From the NCBI RefSeq assembly GCF_009914755.1, contig NC_060929.1: DNA of 64,000 nt. One strand, given 5' to 3'. The position numbers and the translations under genes were made by a program. Position 1 is the first letter of the stretch; each line of letters begins with the position of its first letter. Source of the stretch: the human T2T-CHM13v2.0 reference genome, Homo sapiens. The notes beneath the pieces are model-generated. The model was given only the letters and a program-made list of their open reading frames with translations. It did not search any database and was not told the origin of the DNA. This document shows, piece after piece, positions 26,128 through 39,650 of this stretch.

Positions 26128-26699
26128 ACAGAGTAACATATCAGTTCAAGGAACTGATGTGATAAAATTAAAAATCTAGGCTGTAGCTCACTGCAGTGAA
26201 TGTAAAGAAGAAGCCATATTTAAAAAGAAAGTAGGATTCAAAAAGGTAACAAGTGCATTAAACGTGGATCTTCCACCTTCATGCTTAAACTATTTAGTTT
26301 AATCAAACATTCTATTTCTATTCTTATTTATTCTAGTTCTAAAAGTAGTATATTTTTAATAAAGTAAGTTTGTAGTTAGATTTCGTAAGTGTTTGTAGCA
26401 CTTTCACTTAATGTAAAGCAGCCTAACAGCAGCATATGTGGTCACAGCTAAGCATGGGATAGTTCCAGCCTATTGCTAGTTTACAGTTGCAGTGCATTCT
26501 GCAATTTCAGCATCGTTGCTAAGGAAAATTATACTGATGCACAAGGCACATTCTGAAAATTTGTTTTTTGTTGATTTTTAAAGAATTTATCTGAAATATT
26601 GAGCACTTTGCAACCAATTTTTAATGCTATGATGCCAAATTTTAATCTACTGTTATTTTAAAGGAGACTTAAAAAGTTATGTCAATCAAACATTTGCAA

Positions 26700-27110
26700 C
26701 TTGTTTGGATCTTGATATAGAAGGAAAAAACATGTCTTGAAAAATTGCTGAAAGTTGGAATGTTGATGTGATATTATATGTGATTAAGGCCTTTTTATTA
26801 ATATTGTTAGTTTTGATAATGTTACTGTAGGGAAGAGAGAGAGGTTGAGAGACAGATCTGATCCATTAGAGATACACATTTACACATCCCAAATCATTGT
26901 GGATAAAAAGCTGACATTTGGAGTTTGCTTTAGAACATTCTAGTGAAGGGAATAAAGTGTGCAGGTGTAGAGTTGAAAGAAAATGCCCAAATTTTGATAA
27001 TAATTGCACAAGGTAATGAGTACACAAGAGGCGGTGAGTGTAGGTATGTGTCACTATTGCCTCTACTTTATGGACCAGAAATTGTTCTAAATGCTTTTCA
27101 TATTTAAATT
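26700..27110 (+). mobile_element. Old L1ME/L1MC 3' end fragment
   Basis: TTTGGAGTTTGCTTTAGAA...GTAATGAGTACACAAGAG...CACTATTGCCTCTACTTT. Confidence 0.5.
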
Positions 27111-27126
27111 ATAATTCTTACAGCAA

Positions 27127-27395
27127 GGCCAGACACAGTGGCTCATGCTTGTAATCCCAGCACTTTGAAAGGCTGAGGTGGGAGGATCGTTGGATCCCAG
27201 AGTTTTAAACCAACCCCAGGCAACAAAATGAGTTTATGCCTCTATAAAAGAGAAAAAGTAAACTAGCTGGGTATAGTGGCACATACCTGTATCCCAGCTT
27301 TGGGAGGCTGAGGCAGGAAGATCTCTTGAGTCCAGGGGTTTGAGGTTACAGTGAGATGATCCATGCTGTCCCAAAAATAATAATTAATAATAACA
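27127..27395 (+). mobile_element. AluJ with 3' internal deletion, inserted in a MIR
   Basis: GGCCAGACACAGTGGCTCATGCTTGTAATCCCAGC...GGAGGATCG; (AAT)n tail; TSD ATAAT(T/C)CT(T/C)ACAGCAA; MIR continues CCCTATGAG...TTTACAGAT. Confidence 0.9.
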
Positions 27396-28973
27396 ATAAT
27401 CCTCACAGCAACCCTATGAGTACTATTATTTTCTCCACTTTACAGATTCAGAATGTGAGGCCCAGAGAAATGAAGCAGTTCCTCACATATATCTCTGCAG
27501 ATTTTAACAAATAGATTAAAGCCACAGACAGGAACTAGGTTCTTCTAAAAGCCTCAGACTGGAAATAGGTTTATCTAAAGGTTTCACTTCCTGAAAAGCA
27601 TGTTTAATGATCCTACTCTTTAAGGGAAGAGATCCAGAGAGACATGGGTGCTACCAATTTCTTCTTTCTTTTCATTCTGTTCTTAAAATTACTCTATTGT
27701 CTTTTTATTGCCAGAAAACTAGGCTTGGAAGATTTTATTTTCTTAGGAGCATGCCTGAAGTCTTAAAGGTAAAACAAGAATGTTTTTGAGGAAAATCAGA
27801 ATTATCAACCGCAAAGATGACAGTGAGGGAGGGATAAAGTCACATATGAGGGTTAGAGGCCCTTTCTTTCTTCATCCTTGTAGTACTATGACTGCGCTTG
27901 TCAGTAAAATCTTATTAAAGAAGTTTGTGTCCACCTATTTTTTCGTGGAAAACTGAGATAAGACAATAAATATTCAACATGTGCATTGAAAAAGTACATT
28001 TAATGGTCATATGAGCATAGGGCTGAATTACTTATACCTTACATACTTAATATGTAATATACTATGAGACTTCAATTTTATAGGAAAAGAGGAATTTTTG
28101 TTAGTAAATTGTTTTCATTTATAATAAATGAATAATCTTTGTACTCAGTATTTTTTCATGATTTTTATGGCAAACAAAAGATACAGCATCTTGGCCTACT
28201 ATGTATCTGCGGCAATGTTACATAAACTGTGTGATTATAATTTTCATTATCCATTAAATTTAAAGAATTATAATATCTTTGTCTACTTCTCAAAATTGCA
28301 CTGATAATATTGACATGAAAGTGTTCTGAGAGTTATTCTTTCAGTAGCTAAAACTCTTATGCTCCTTAAGTAAATAGTTACTGTTTTTGTTATTTATCAC
28401 TAGTTGTAAATCACTGTACAGTGAGTTATCACGGCTGTAAACATATCACAAACCAGACTCCTCCTTGTAATTTTCTGGCAAGACATTTTGTGAAACCTCT
28501 TCTTCACTTTAGTTGGAAGCTGTGTATCTTATTACCCTGCATTCCATCCACCCCATGCGACATGTGCATGACATAGAGAAAAATACGCATCCCATGTATA
28601 AGAAGAAAATGTCTTTGATATTTACATAGGGACATTGAGGGAGAAGATTCTATTTTCCATGTGCAAAAAAAAAAATGTGTCAGAATAAAACCAAGGAAGA
28701 ATATGTAGCACCAAAACATGGTCAGTTTCTAGCACCGCAGTCTGAGACAAAAAGTACAATTGTACCTAATAGCAGTTTTATTCCTTAACTGAGAGGCTCA
28801 ATACATTTTCTGGCTAGTTGGAACTGGGCTTCACAGTTTTTATTTTTAAAAAATAATTCTAATATCCTTTTCCACCTTGAGTCATGCAAACACCAAGTCT
28901 GAATGTGCTTGACCAGATCATTTATTAATGTTGCCAATTGCTAGAAGGAAAAATTAAAAATAAGCGCATTACT

Positions 28974-29340
28974 CCAAAGAATACTATGCAGCCTTAAAAA
29001 AAATCATGTTCTTTGCAGCAACATGAATGCAGCTAGAGGCCATGATCCTAAGCAAATTAATGAAGGGACAGCAAATCAAATACCATATGTTCTTGGTTAT
29101 TAGCAGGAACTAAACCTTAGGCACATGGGGACACAAACATAGAAACAATAGACAATGAGGACTTCCTGAGGTGGGAGTGCAGGAGGAAGGTGTGTGTTGA
29201 GAAACTACCTATAGGATACTATGCTCACTACCTGGGTGATGAGATCATTTGTACACCAAACCTCAGTGACACACAATTTACCCATGTAACAAACCTGTAT
29301 ACGTACCCCCTGAACCTAACATAAAAATAAAAATAAAAAA
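28974..29340 (+). mobile_element. 5'-truncated L1PA15/16-like 3' end
   Basis: AATACTATGCAGCC...CTATGCTCACTACCTGGGTGA...CCCATGTAACAAACCTG; A-rich tail; TSD AAAAATAAGC(GC)ATTACT. Confidence 0.85.
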
Positions 29341-31049
29341 TAAGCATTACTAAAATAATTTTTGATATTAAAAATTTTTAAGTATTAGATCTGCTTATAC
29401 TGTCTTTCATGTAATTTTATATTAATATTCCTTGAAAATGTGGGTGATTCACTGCAGCTAGTTTATTTATAAACACAATATGCACTATGACTAATGTAAA
29501 GAGAGTGAAGGGTGTTTCTTATGACAGAGGAAGGATGCTCAAATATATGATATTCTCATCTGTAAATGAGTATATAAACAAGACTTGCAGAAAGCATCAT
29601 GAAAAAGAAAAAATATACTATTCACCTGCTGACTTCTTCCTGTATAAAAGGTTATCTGACAGAGCCTTCTACTTTTATCCATAACGCCAAGTAGAAGCAA
29701 ACAACTCAAAGAAAATTATATTGAGACAGGATTCTGGATGGTTAGGTTTAAGACATAAACACACACATGCACATGCACACACACAAATATCTGATGTGAT
29801 TGAAAACACTTTGATGTCAGGTTCTAAAATCATTAGCATTCTCTTCGACATTCTTAGATTATGTAAGCACAAATTGTTTGCACCTTTAAAAAATTACACC
29901 TAATTCTTTAAAACAATCATTCAACAGCTTATACAAATTATGGAATACATTATTTCATCTACTGAATTTTTGAGCATTCAAGAGTTCCACTGTAAATTAA
30001 TGAAATGAGGAACAACTATGTGTCAATCTGAGTATACAAAGTCTAAAAACCCTGGTCCTCACTTTCAAGATGCTCATATCAATGATAATAAACTAGTAAT
30101 ATTTAATGATAGATTTGAAAGCCTAGACAAGGGGAAGGAGCTGAGTGTTATTAAATGTTGAAGTAAATAAATGTAATGATACTTTTAAGTAAAACAGAGT
30201 TGAGAGGTTGATTTCTTTGTAAACATGTTTCTGTTGCGTTCTCATCCTTCAAACACTGCTACTGTTTAAGTTTTGTACCACTATGATCCTGTAAGCTAAT
30301 ATTGTAATATTCTGGTTTCTTTTCACTTTGAAAAACAAAAATAGCCTACTGAATTTTTAAAAACCTATTGTCCTTAGCTATTCTTATGCTAAAAGTTTAA
30401 CATAACTGAAAAGAAAAATAGACAATTATTTCTCACTAGATCATCAGGGTGTTTTTTTTCTAATTAAAAAATTACATTTTGTCAAATTTCATTTCGTTTT
30501 ATCATTTATTCTTAGAACATTGTTTATAATACCATTTTTCCAAAGTTCCACAGCAAATATATTGACTATACAAGCTAGACCCTATTGTGGGAGGATGTGG
30601 TCATGAGTATGTTTAAAGTTCTATTTTCATGCATATTTCTGAATATTTTTAAACCAAAAAATATTCTAAAGTAGTTTGTTAGTACCTAATGTTCTATCTT
30701 TTTTTGATATACTGTTTCACTTCATTACTCTTAGAACTAATTCTGTCCTTTTTGCATCAGCCAACAATAATTGATTACTAAGATTTTATTTCACTGCACT
30801 AAGGGTTATCAAGGAAAGATAGACAGTAGATGAGATATGGGAAGTGTTTTTAATAATTGGTACAATATTACAAGTAAACAAATTTTTGCTCACTAATGTC
30901 ATGTAAGCTTTGTCTCTTCACAGGAAATATTCAAGATCTGTAACACTGATTTTTATTTCAGCCACTTATTTTTACAGTAAATATTTTATCCAAGTACATC
31001 ATGTGCCTAGAAAAGTACACCAATAAAAAGTAGGTTGTTTGATAAGTTT

Positions 31050-32340
<1,291 letters not shown>

Positions 32341-35300
32341 CACCTTTGAAATTTAATGTGAACTGTGTTAGGCTTATGAAGACTAAATATAGTTTTAATT
32401 CAAATGATGATTTCAGTGGATTGCTAGCATTTGTTTGGAGTTCCGTACATTTTCTGATTTTGCATTAAGCAAGTGTGGGCCCAGGAGACTTTTTTTTTTT
32501 TTTTAGTTTTGAGTTTCATGATTTAACTAAGAAAAAATATAAAACAGCTTTCTTCATTCCTTCTTTTCTTTGTGTCAAGGCCCGGTTTTGCCTTAGTTTA
32601 CAAGCCTGGATAAAGGGATAATCAAGGAGTGGGTACTTCCTTCCCAGTCCAATAAAGATTCTTAACCTATATTATTGCACTTGGTAGTAGAAATGAAAGA
32701 TTGAGCAGAGAAATCCTAAGTATAAAGGCACCCCAAACCAAACCGAAGAGGATGAGTCTTTCATTGAAACTATACAGATTTTAACTGTGCTTTTCCTTTC
32801 ACTGAATGTACAAATTTGTCCTAGAAATCTATATTTTGGTCAATATTATACTTTTTAATAATATTATTTAGGTATCTTGGTTGCAAATAACAGACTCCAG
32901 TTCTGGCTAATATATCACTCTACCTCCAGCCACTCCAAGATACTGTGAAGACATATGCTAACTCATAGGCTTATAGGCAAAATTGGCCTAAGTCTCTGAA
33001 GGACAGGCATTTTGTAGCTACAGGGATCTAGAAATTAGAAGCTAATGAACAGATTAATCAGGCAGAAAATAGCTTTTATTTTTTTTTGTCGTATCCCTCA
33101 GGATTGCATTTTCTGCCAGAGAGAATTCAAGTGTTTTGTATTAGATTGAATGCTGATATTTGGCCAGAGGAGAAAAGGGTACCTTGACTAAACACATTTT
33201 CATGCAAATGTTATTAAGCAGTTTCCACCAGCCAAGATGTGTTGTTGATACCAGAAAAAGGTTTGAGGGAGTAGCATGCAATGCCTGTAAAACAAAATGA
33301 CATGTAATCACTATGCTGTTTTAAGTGGTGGTTGAAAGAACAGAAATTGACATCTTGCTAAAGGTTAATATTTTATATTAATTCCTTAGTCAAACTGAAT
33401 TACAATAACCTATTTTAGGAAAAAGAGATTAAATAAGATAAACTGTATTATATAGTAAAGATGAGTGACTAAATTTGGGCAAAAGAGATATTACACTTAT
33501 AATCCTATGACACTTAATGGGATACCATAATCAGCAAAATTCTAGGGTATGTCAGATAAATATTAATACATACTTTTGATAAAATTAATCCTGGTACAAG
33601 TTCAAATGTAAGATTTACATCTCAATATAAAATCAATACTAAAATATTTTCACTTAAATGCCTCTGTAAAAAAAAAATTACAATTCTCTTAATGTAACTT
33701 ACATATGGTGGATAATAAAAGATTAGAAATCACTCAGCAGCATATGTGTTTCCCTCTAAGCTGTTACTAATCATTTGGAGCTTAAACACTAATATTTTAA
33801 TGTTGCTTCCTTTTTACTATATTATAATGTCTGCTATACTAGAGAGTTGGAAGTACTAGAGAGGGAGAGTTTATCTCCAGAGGGTGATATTATTTTAATG
33901 GTTATATCAGGAAATATCTTCACATCTCATCAAAGTGACAAGGTTTCCTGCTTATAAATAAATGTTTTCCCAAAATGACCAGAGCAAAAGCATAATTTAA
34001 AATACATCAAAAAAGCCAACCCTCCCCCCACAGTAAAAAAAAAAAAAAAAAGGCAGGGTCATGCATCATGTATACTAAAATGGGATGGACAGGGAAGAAA
34101 AAAAAAATCAAAATGAGAAAAGAAGGGAGGGAAAAAAGGGATAGGATGACAAAAGAAATAAGAGAAAAGACTCAATACAGAAGGCAGGACAGAGGCTAAG
34201 AAAAACGAAAATGATCAGTGTCAGTACACAGTAAAGAAACCCTAGAGCTGGCCAAGTCCTGATGCTAACAGCAGGACACTGAGATACCTGCAATGGGAGT
34301 CCATAAGCCACAGCAAAGCACAAAAGAACAAGATAAGAGGGCTACCAATTCAGCAAGCACGATCAGGGGTGATGTACTGGGACATACAGGAAAAGGACAA
34401 CAAAGAGACTGAAAATGACACAAGGGTTTAGCTAACTCTGGTGACTGAACTCTTGCCAAAACCTGTGGGAAATCAGACTAGCCATCTCAAAAAAAAAAAA
34501 AAGGTAGTTTTTATATAACCAACTTAGAGATACAACTGTATGTGTGTTTTTAAATTGTCCGTTTTATATCTAATTTAAATGCATACTCGACTTCAGTTAT
34601 CCTAATATTTGGTGATTGTTGACAGTTTATAGAGAACAAATACACAAACTTCACAGTGGCTCACTATTTATTGGCAACTCCAAAATACCTTTTGTATCAT
34701 AATCCAGATTTGTTATATTAGTTAACAGAGTGATAAATAAGTTCAAGTCCAAAGGATGTAATTTCATAAAATTAATGGTTAAATTTATGAATATTTATTT
34801 GAATATTCAATTACACTTATTGCTCTTTCCTAAAACTTGTGAAAAAAAGTGGTTATATAAATGATAAGAAGGAGACATCATGTAGACAATAGAATTAAGG
34901 ATTATAAAAAAGGAAATCATTAAGTATGCTGTATCAGAGAAATTCTAGGCTTGGTAGTATGTGTTGTTCTTGGATGATGTGTTCCATTGTTGGTAAAAAT
35001 CTAAAAACTGAAAAACTTATAGAATGATGAAAATAATTGTTAAAAATCTTGTTTATAATTTAAGAAGTACGTGTGGTTGTTGTTGTTTTAGTCCTCTGGA
35101 AAGAGAACTACATTGTCTAATATATACCCCTTGTTCTAATTATTGCCTTTTAATATTGGTATGAGATCTGATACTTTTAACACCATATTTATATGCAATC
35201 AATTACATAAAATTAAGAATCAATTTTTATTTATTCTCAACTTTTTCCGTTTTACTAAAATTCTCATTTTAAAATTTTAAACACATATGAGTTATGTTAA

Positions 35301-35400
35301 TTTCTAGAAATTCTTGTCAATTGTCTCGTCACTGAACTGATAACCAGATTGTTCTCTAGATCAAGCTGACTATGCCTTTTCCTATAGATCTGGTTATAGG

Positions 35401-36265
35401 ACAACTGTACACAGGCAGACAGCTTTAGGGTTTAGAGTAGAATATCTCATCTTTAATAACACTAAACCTCATAAGTATTTGCTTTTATTGCTGGCTCTGT
35501 TTTAATATTTTGATTGCACATCACCAAATATAAATTGCTTTTGAGCAAAATGCTTAGAAGTATGATACTAGTTTGTGTTCACTTTGAAAACAAACAAAAA
35601 CAAATATGATACAAAACAGAAGTAGAGACTCATTTTTAAGAGCATCCAATTTTAAGCTCAAATTTAGTCTCTTCTAATTTCACATACACACAAATATATG
35701 CAATTGTGAAAAAAGGTACATTTTCAAGATACCATAGAACAGAGAATAAAGATATCCAATAAACATAATGTGGTAAAAATATATTAGTTTATGAACTATG
35801 GAGTTGGGTTAAGAAAATATATTAGTGAAATCATTACTAGAATTAGTTTATGACTGTCCATTATTCTTCCAAAAATTCAGAAAGAAATGTGTTATATTGT
35901 CTAAAGTTTTTCCACTTTCCTAGATAAATAAGTTTCTCACTAATCAGAAAATTGGACATTTATAATTCTGCTGTACATAGACAGTTGTATAGGGTAACAA
36001 GAGCAGTGTTTCCTAAAATCAAACCATGTAAGTGTATATATATGAAAGTTAGAAGAGACTACAGGAAAAAGAAGAGAGAGCTAAAGACAGCAATGTGCAT
36101 TGGGTATTAATATATTTCTGCTACTCTCTCTCTCATTTCAGAGTATTAAGAAATAGGAAGCACAACTGTACACTGGCAGACAACCTTAGAGTTTAGAGTA
36201 GAATATCTCATCTTTAATAACACTAAATCTATAAGTATTTGTTTTTGTTGATATCTCTGTTTTAA
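35401..36265 (+). repeat. Dispersed direct duplication, ~105 bp (35401-35505 and 36162-36265)
   Basis: ACAACTGTACAC.GGCAGACA...GTTTAGAGTAGAATATCTCATCTTTAATAACACTAAA...ATAAGTATTTG...CTCTGTTTTAA in both copies. Confidence 0.9.
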
Positions 36266-37080
36266 AGTAGAAATATTTCCCACCTTGAGACAACAAAGAT
36301 AACCTAGAAAAATATCAGTAGAAATGAGATCATGACGGAAATCATGTCAATCACTTTGCTCTACAGCTGGAAACCTACAAAAGGTGAAGCCCACTGTCAT
36401 TGGTAAACAGTAAGTGAGTCAAAGACTACTCATTTGGTCCATCTCTTGAAAATCCTAATTTAAGATAGACTCAATCTTTTTAAGACTAAAGATGAAAAAT
36501 GACCCCTGAGGCAAATATTATAATATAGGTTTTAAGATTATCATGTCAAAAAATCAAAAAGAGTATATCAGCAAAAAATGTTCATGGGATTTAGAATAAA
36601 CTTTTACAAAACTGTTCAGCATCCTCAAGTTAATTTCCCTGCAGGAACATCAAATTAAACAACTATCCATATGAGAAATCACCTTCACAAGAATTAAAAA
36701 ATCAGATGAGAGATCATAGTAGGTAGTTTTAGCATAACAAGAAAAGACACACTGAAGAGAGTAGGAAGGGCAGTTTCACATTGCCTACACCACACTGCTC
36801 CAACCCCTGGCAGGGCAATGGGGAGAGAAAACCCGTGTGCTTGTGGGAGGGAGAAGGAAGTGAGTGTAGGACTTGACACTGTAACTCAGTGCTGGCTCCA
36901 TCGTAATGGAACACAGCACTGGGTAGAATTCTGTGGTCCTTGATTTCAGGCTGGTGCCCATGAAGGAAACACTTAAATCTGCTCAAAGCTAGAGGGGAAT
37001 CTCCCTCTTCTGCAGGAGGAAATTGAGTACCTGCCTACTTCACTACCAACTGAATAAAGCGGCTTCCAGTACCAAATAAT

Positions 37081-37178
37081 TTTTTTAATTTTTTTTTATT
37101 TCAATAGGTTTTTCAGGAACAGGTAGTATTTGGTTAAATCATTAAGTTCTTTAGTGATAATTTCAGAGATTTTGGTGC
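37081..37178 (-). mobile_element. ~100-bp L1PB 3' tip
   Basis: Poly-T then ATTTCAATAGGTTTTT...AAGTTCTTTAGTGATAATTTCAGAGATTTTGGTGCA; TSD-like AAATAA(A)TTTT. Confidence 0.75.
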
Positions 37179-38380
37179 AAATAAATTTTAGTGGCAGACA
37201 TCCTGTAGTGACTGACCATGGTTCTTGGTCAAATGTCAGTGTTGCTCTGGTCTAGGAGGTTGTGAGCTCAGGGTGTAATTCAGTGTAACACCAGGTTCAC
37301 TGGCCACAGGAGTACCTGCGTCACCCCTCATCCATCTCCATGCAGTGCATCATGGAGAGAGACGCCATTTGGCGGAAGAAGAGAGACATCCACAGGGGAC
37401 TTTACCTTAAAACCTAGTACCAGCACCACAATAGTAAGGCAGCCCTGGAAAGAGCCCCCAAACCCTTAATTTCAGGCTCTTGCCCCTCAAGAGGGCTTTT
37501 AAACCTATCCTGGGCCAGAAGGGAATGCATTACTGAGTGGATTCACCACTAGCTGACTACCGTGGCCTCAGGAATTGAACAAATAGTGGTCACAGTCTTT
37601 GGACTATCCCTGGGACTTTATTGGTCTGGGAGGCCATGGGCTTGTGGTGTGGTGCCAGCAGTGGTCACAGGAGTGCCCATATCATTCCTGCCTCAACTCC
37701 AGGCATCTCAGAACATCATGAGACTCCATTTGCTTAGAGAACAAAGAGGCAAGTGAGCAAGGGACTTTACTTGGGATCCCAGGAAATTCTTCCTAATCTT
37801 CACCAAGCCCATCAAGGCTGAGTATGTAGGAATCTGCACTTAGCATGCCCTTTTGTGTGGAAATAGTTGCAGCAACAACAGGCTTAGGAAACTCAACAAT
37901 TAGTCCCCTTTGAACTCTTGGAAAGTCCTTTGGAAAAGGACAAATACAAATAAGGTAAGATGTGAAGGCTAGATTAATATCTAATTCTTCAATGCCCAAA
38001 CAGTAACAAACATTCGCAAACATTAATAAAATTTTGGAAAATATAACCTCACCAAATGAACTAAATAAGACACCATAATCAGCCCTGTAGGGATGAAGAT
38101 ATGTAACCTCTCTGACAGGGAATTAAAATTCGTTGTTTTGAGAAAGTTCAATGAACTTCAGGAAAACATGCAAATATATACACATAAACAATTTGTTAAT
38201 TTATTATAAAAAATTAACAAAAAGATTGAAATAATTTTAAAATGTCAAATGGAAATCCTGTAGCTAAAAAATACAATTGACAAAGTGAAATTGAATAAAC
38301 GTCACAACAGCAGAATTGATCAAACAGAAAAAAATAATTGGTAAGCTCAAAGGTAGGCTATTTAAAATACAAAGTCAAGA

Positions 38381-39650
38381 CCGCAGCCGCGGAGCCGCGA
38401 TGCCTAAAGGAGGGAGAAAGGGAGGCCACAAAGGCCAGGCGAGGCAGTATACGAGCCCTGAGGAGATTGAAGCGCAGCTGCATGCTGAGAAGCAGAAGGC
38501 CAGGGAAGAAGAGGACCAAAAAGAAGGTGGAGATGGGGCTGCAGGTGACCCCAAAAAGGAGAAGAAATCTCTAGACTCAGATGAAGAGTGAGGACGAAGA
38601 AGGTGACTACCAGCAAAAGTGCAAAGGCGTCGAAGGGCTCAGAGACATCGAGAACCCCAACCGGGTGGCACAGACAACCAAAAAGGTCACACAACTGGAT
38701 CTGGACGGGCCAACAGAGCTTTCGAGGAGAGAACGAGAAGAGATTGAGAAGCAGAAGGCAAAAGAGCGTTACATGAAAATGCACTTGGCCGGGAAGTCAG
38801 AGCAAGCCAAGGCCGACCTGGCCCAGCTGGCCATCATCCGGAAACAGCGGGAGGAGGCTGCCAGGAAGAAGGAAGAGGAAAGAAAAGCAAAAGACTATGC
38901 CACATTGTCAGGAAAACGAATGCAGTCACTCTTCCTGTATAAGTAACCGCAACCCGTGGGAGGAGATGCCGGGGACCTGGGCCGCGCTGCCAGGACCTCT
39001 GCTGTGTCTCGCCCACCCTGTGCCCTGGCGCCGCTGCAACAGCCCCTCACGGCCAGGAGCCCCCCATGGCCTGGGGTCTCCTCTTCATCTTCGCACATAA
39101 ATTGTTTGGAGGATGTGGTGAGGCGCTGGGGCAGGGGCAGCTGCTATCTTTGAGACAGAAAGATGCAGGACAGCATTTCATATATAACCATTTGAATGTT
39201 TTCACTGTTTTTACAATTCAGAGCCCTTGCTGGGGGTGCCTGGGAGATGGGGTAAGAATAGCTTTCATTTGTCTGATAGATAGCACTTAAGGGGGTGGTT
39301 GACCCAGGAGGCAGCTGCTGACGGGTTTGCTACGCCCAGCCCCGGACTGTGTTGCCTGGGTGCTCATTCAGAGAGAGGCTGTCATCTGGGAGCCCGTGTC
39401 CCTGTGTCCTCAAGGGTCATGGCTTGTTCCTGGTCAGTCCTATCTGACCGAAGCCTCGCCTGTCTGCCCTTCTCTGACCGGTTCCTACCCACCTGGCCGG
39501 GGCCAGTGCCCCTTTTTAACCCTACCCGTTGATCATTTCAAGAAACCTCTGTTTACTGTGTGGCACCCAGGCAAAACATGCTCCACAAATTCAACTTGTA
39601 TATTTGGCAGATTAAACTTGACATTATCGAAAAAAAATAAAGATAAAAAA
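38381..39650 (+). pseudogene. PDAP1: Processed pseudogene of PDAP1 (PDGFA-associated protein 1, HASPP28); CDS remnant 38400-38946 with one +1 frameshift near 38585
   Basis: Translation [12 protein letters not shown]...KKSLDSDE then shifted SEDEE...[55 protein letters not shown]...GKRMQSL. ATG to TAA is 547 nt (546+1). No introns; 3'UTR, ATTAAA at 39611, A-rich tail, TSD-like AAAGTCAA on both sides. The symbol is that of the parent gene. Confidence 0.95.

Noticed and set aside
32860-33310. Possible very old LTR (LTR33/MLT1-late-like start TTGGTTGCAAATAACAGA); similar hint near 7860
   Set aside because: Too diverged to assign a family or boundaries by eye.
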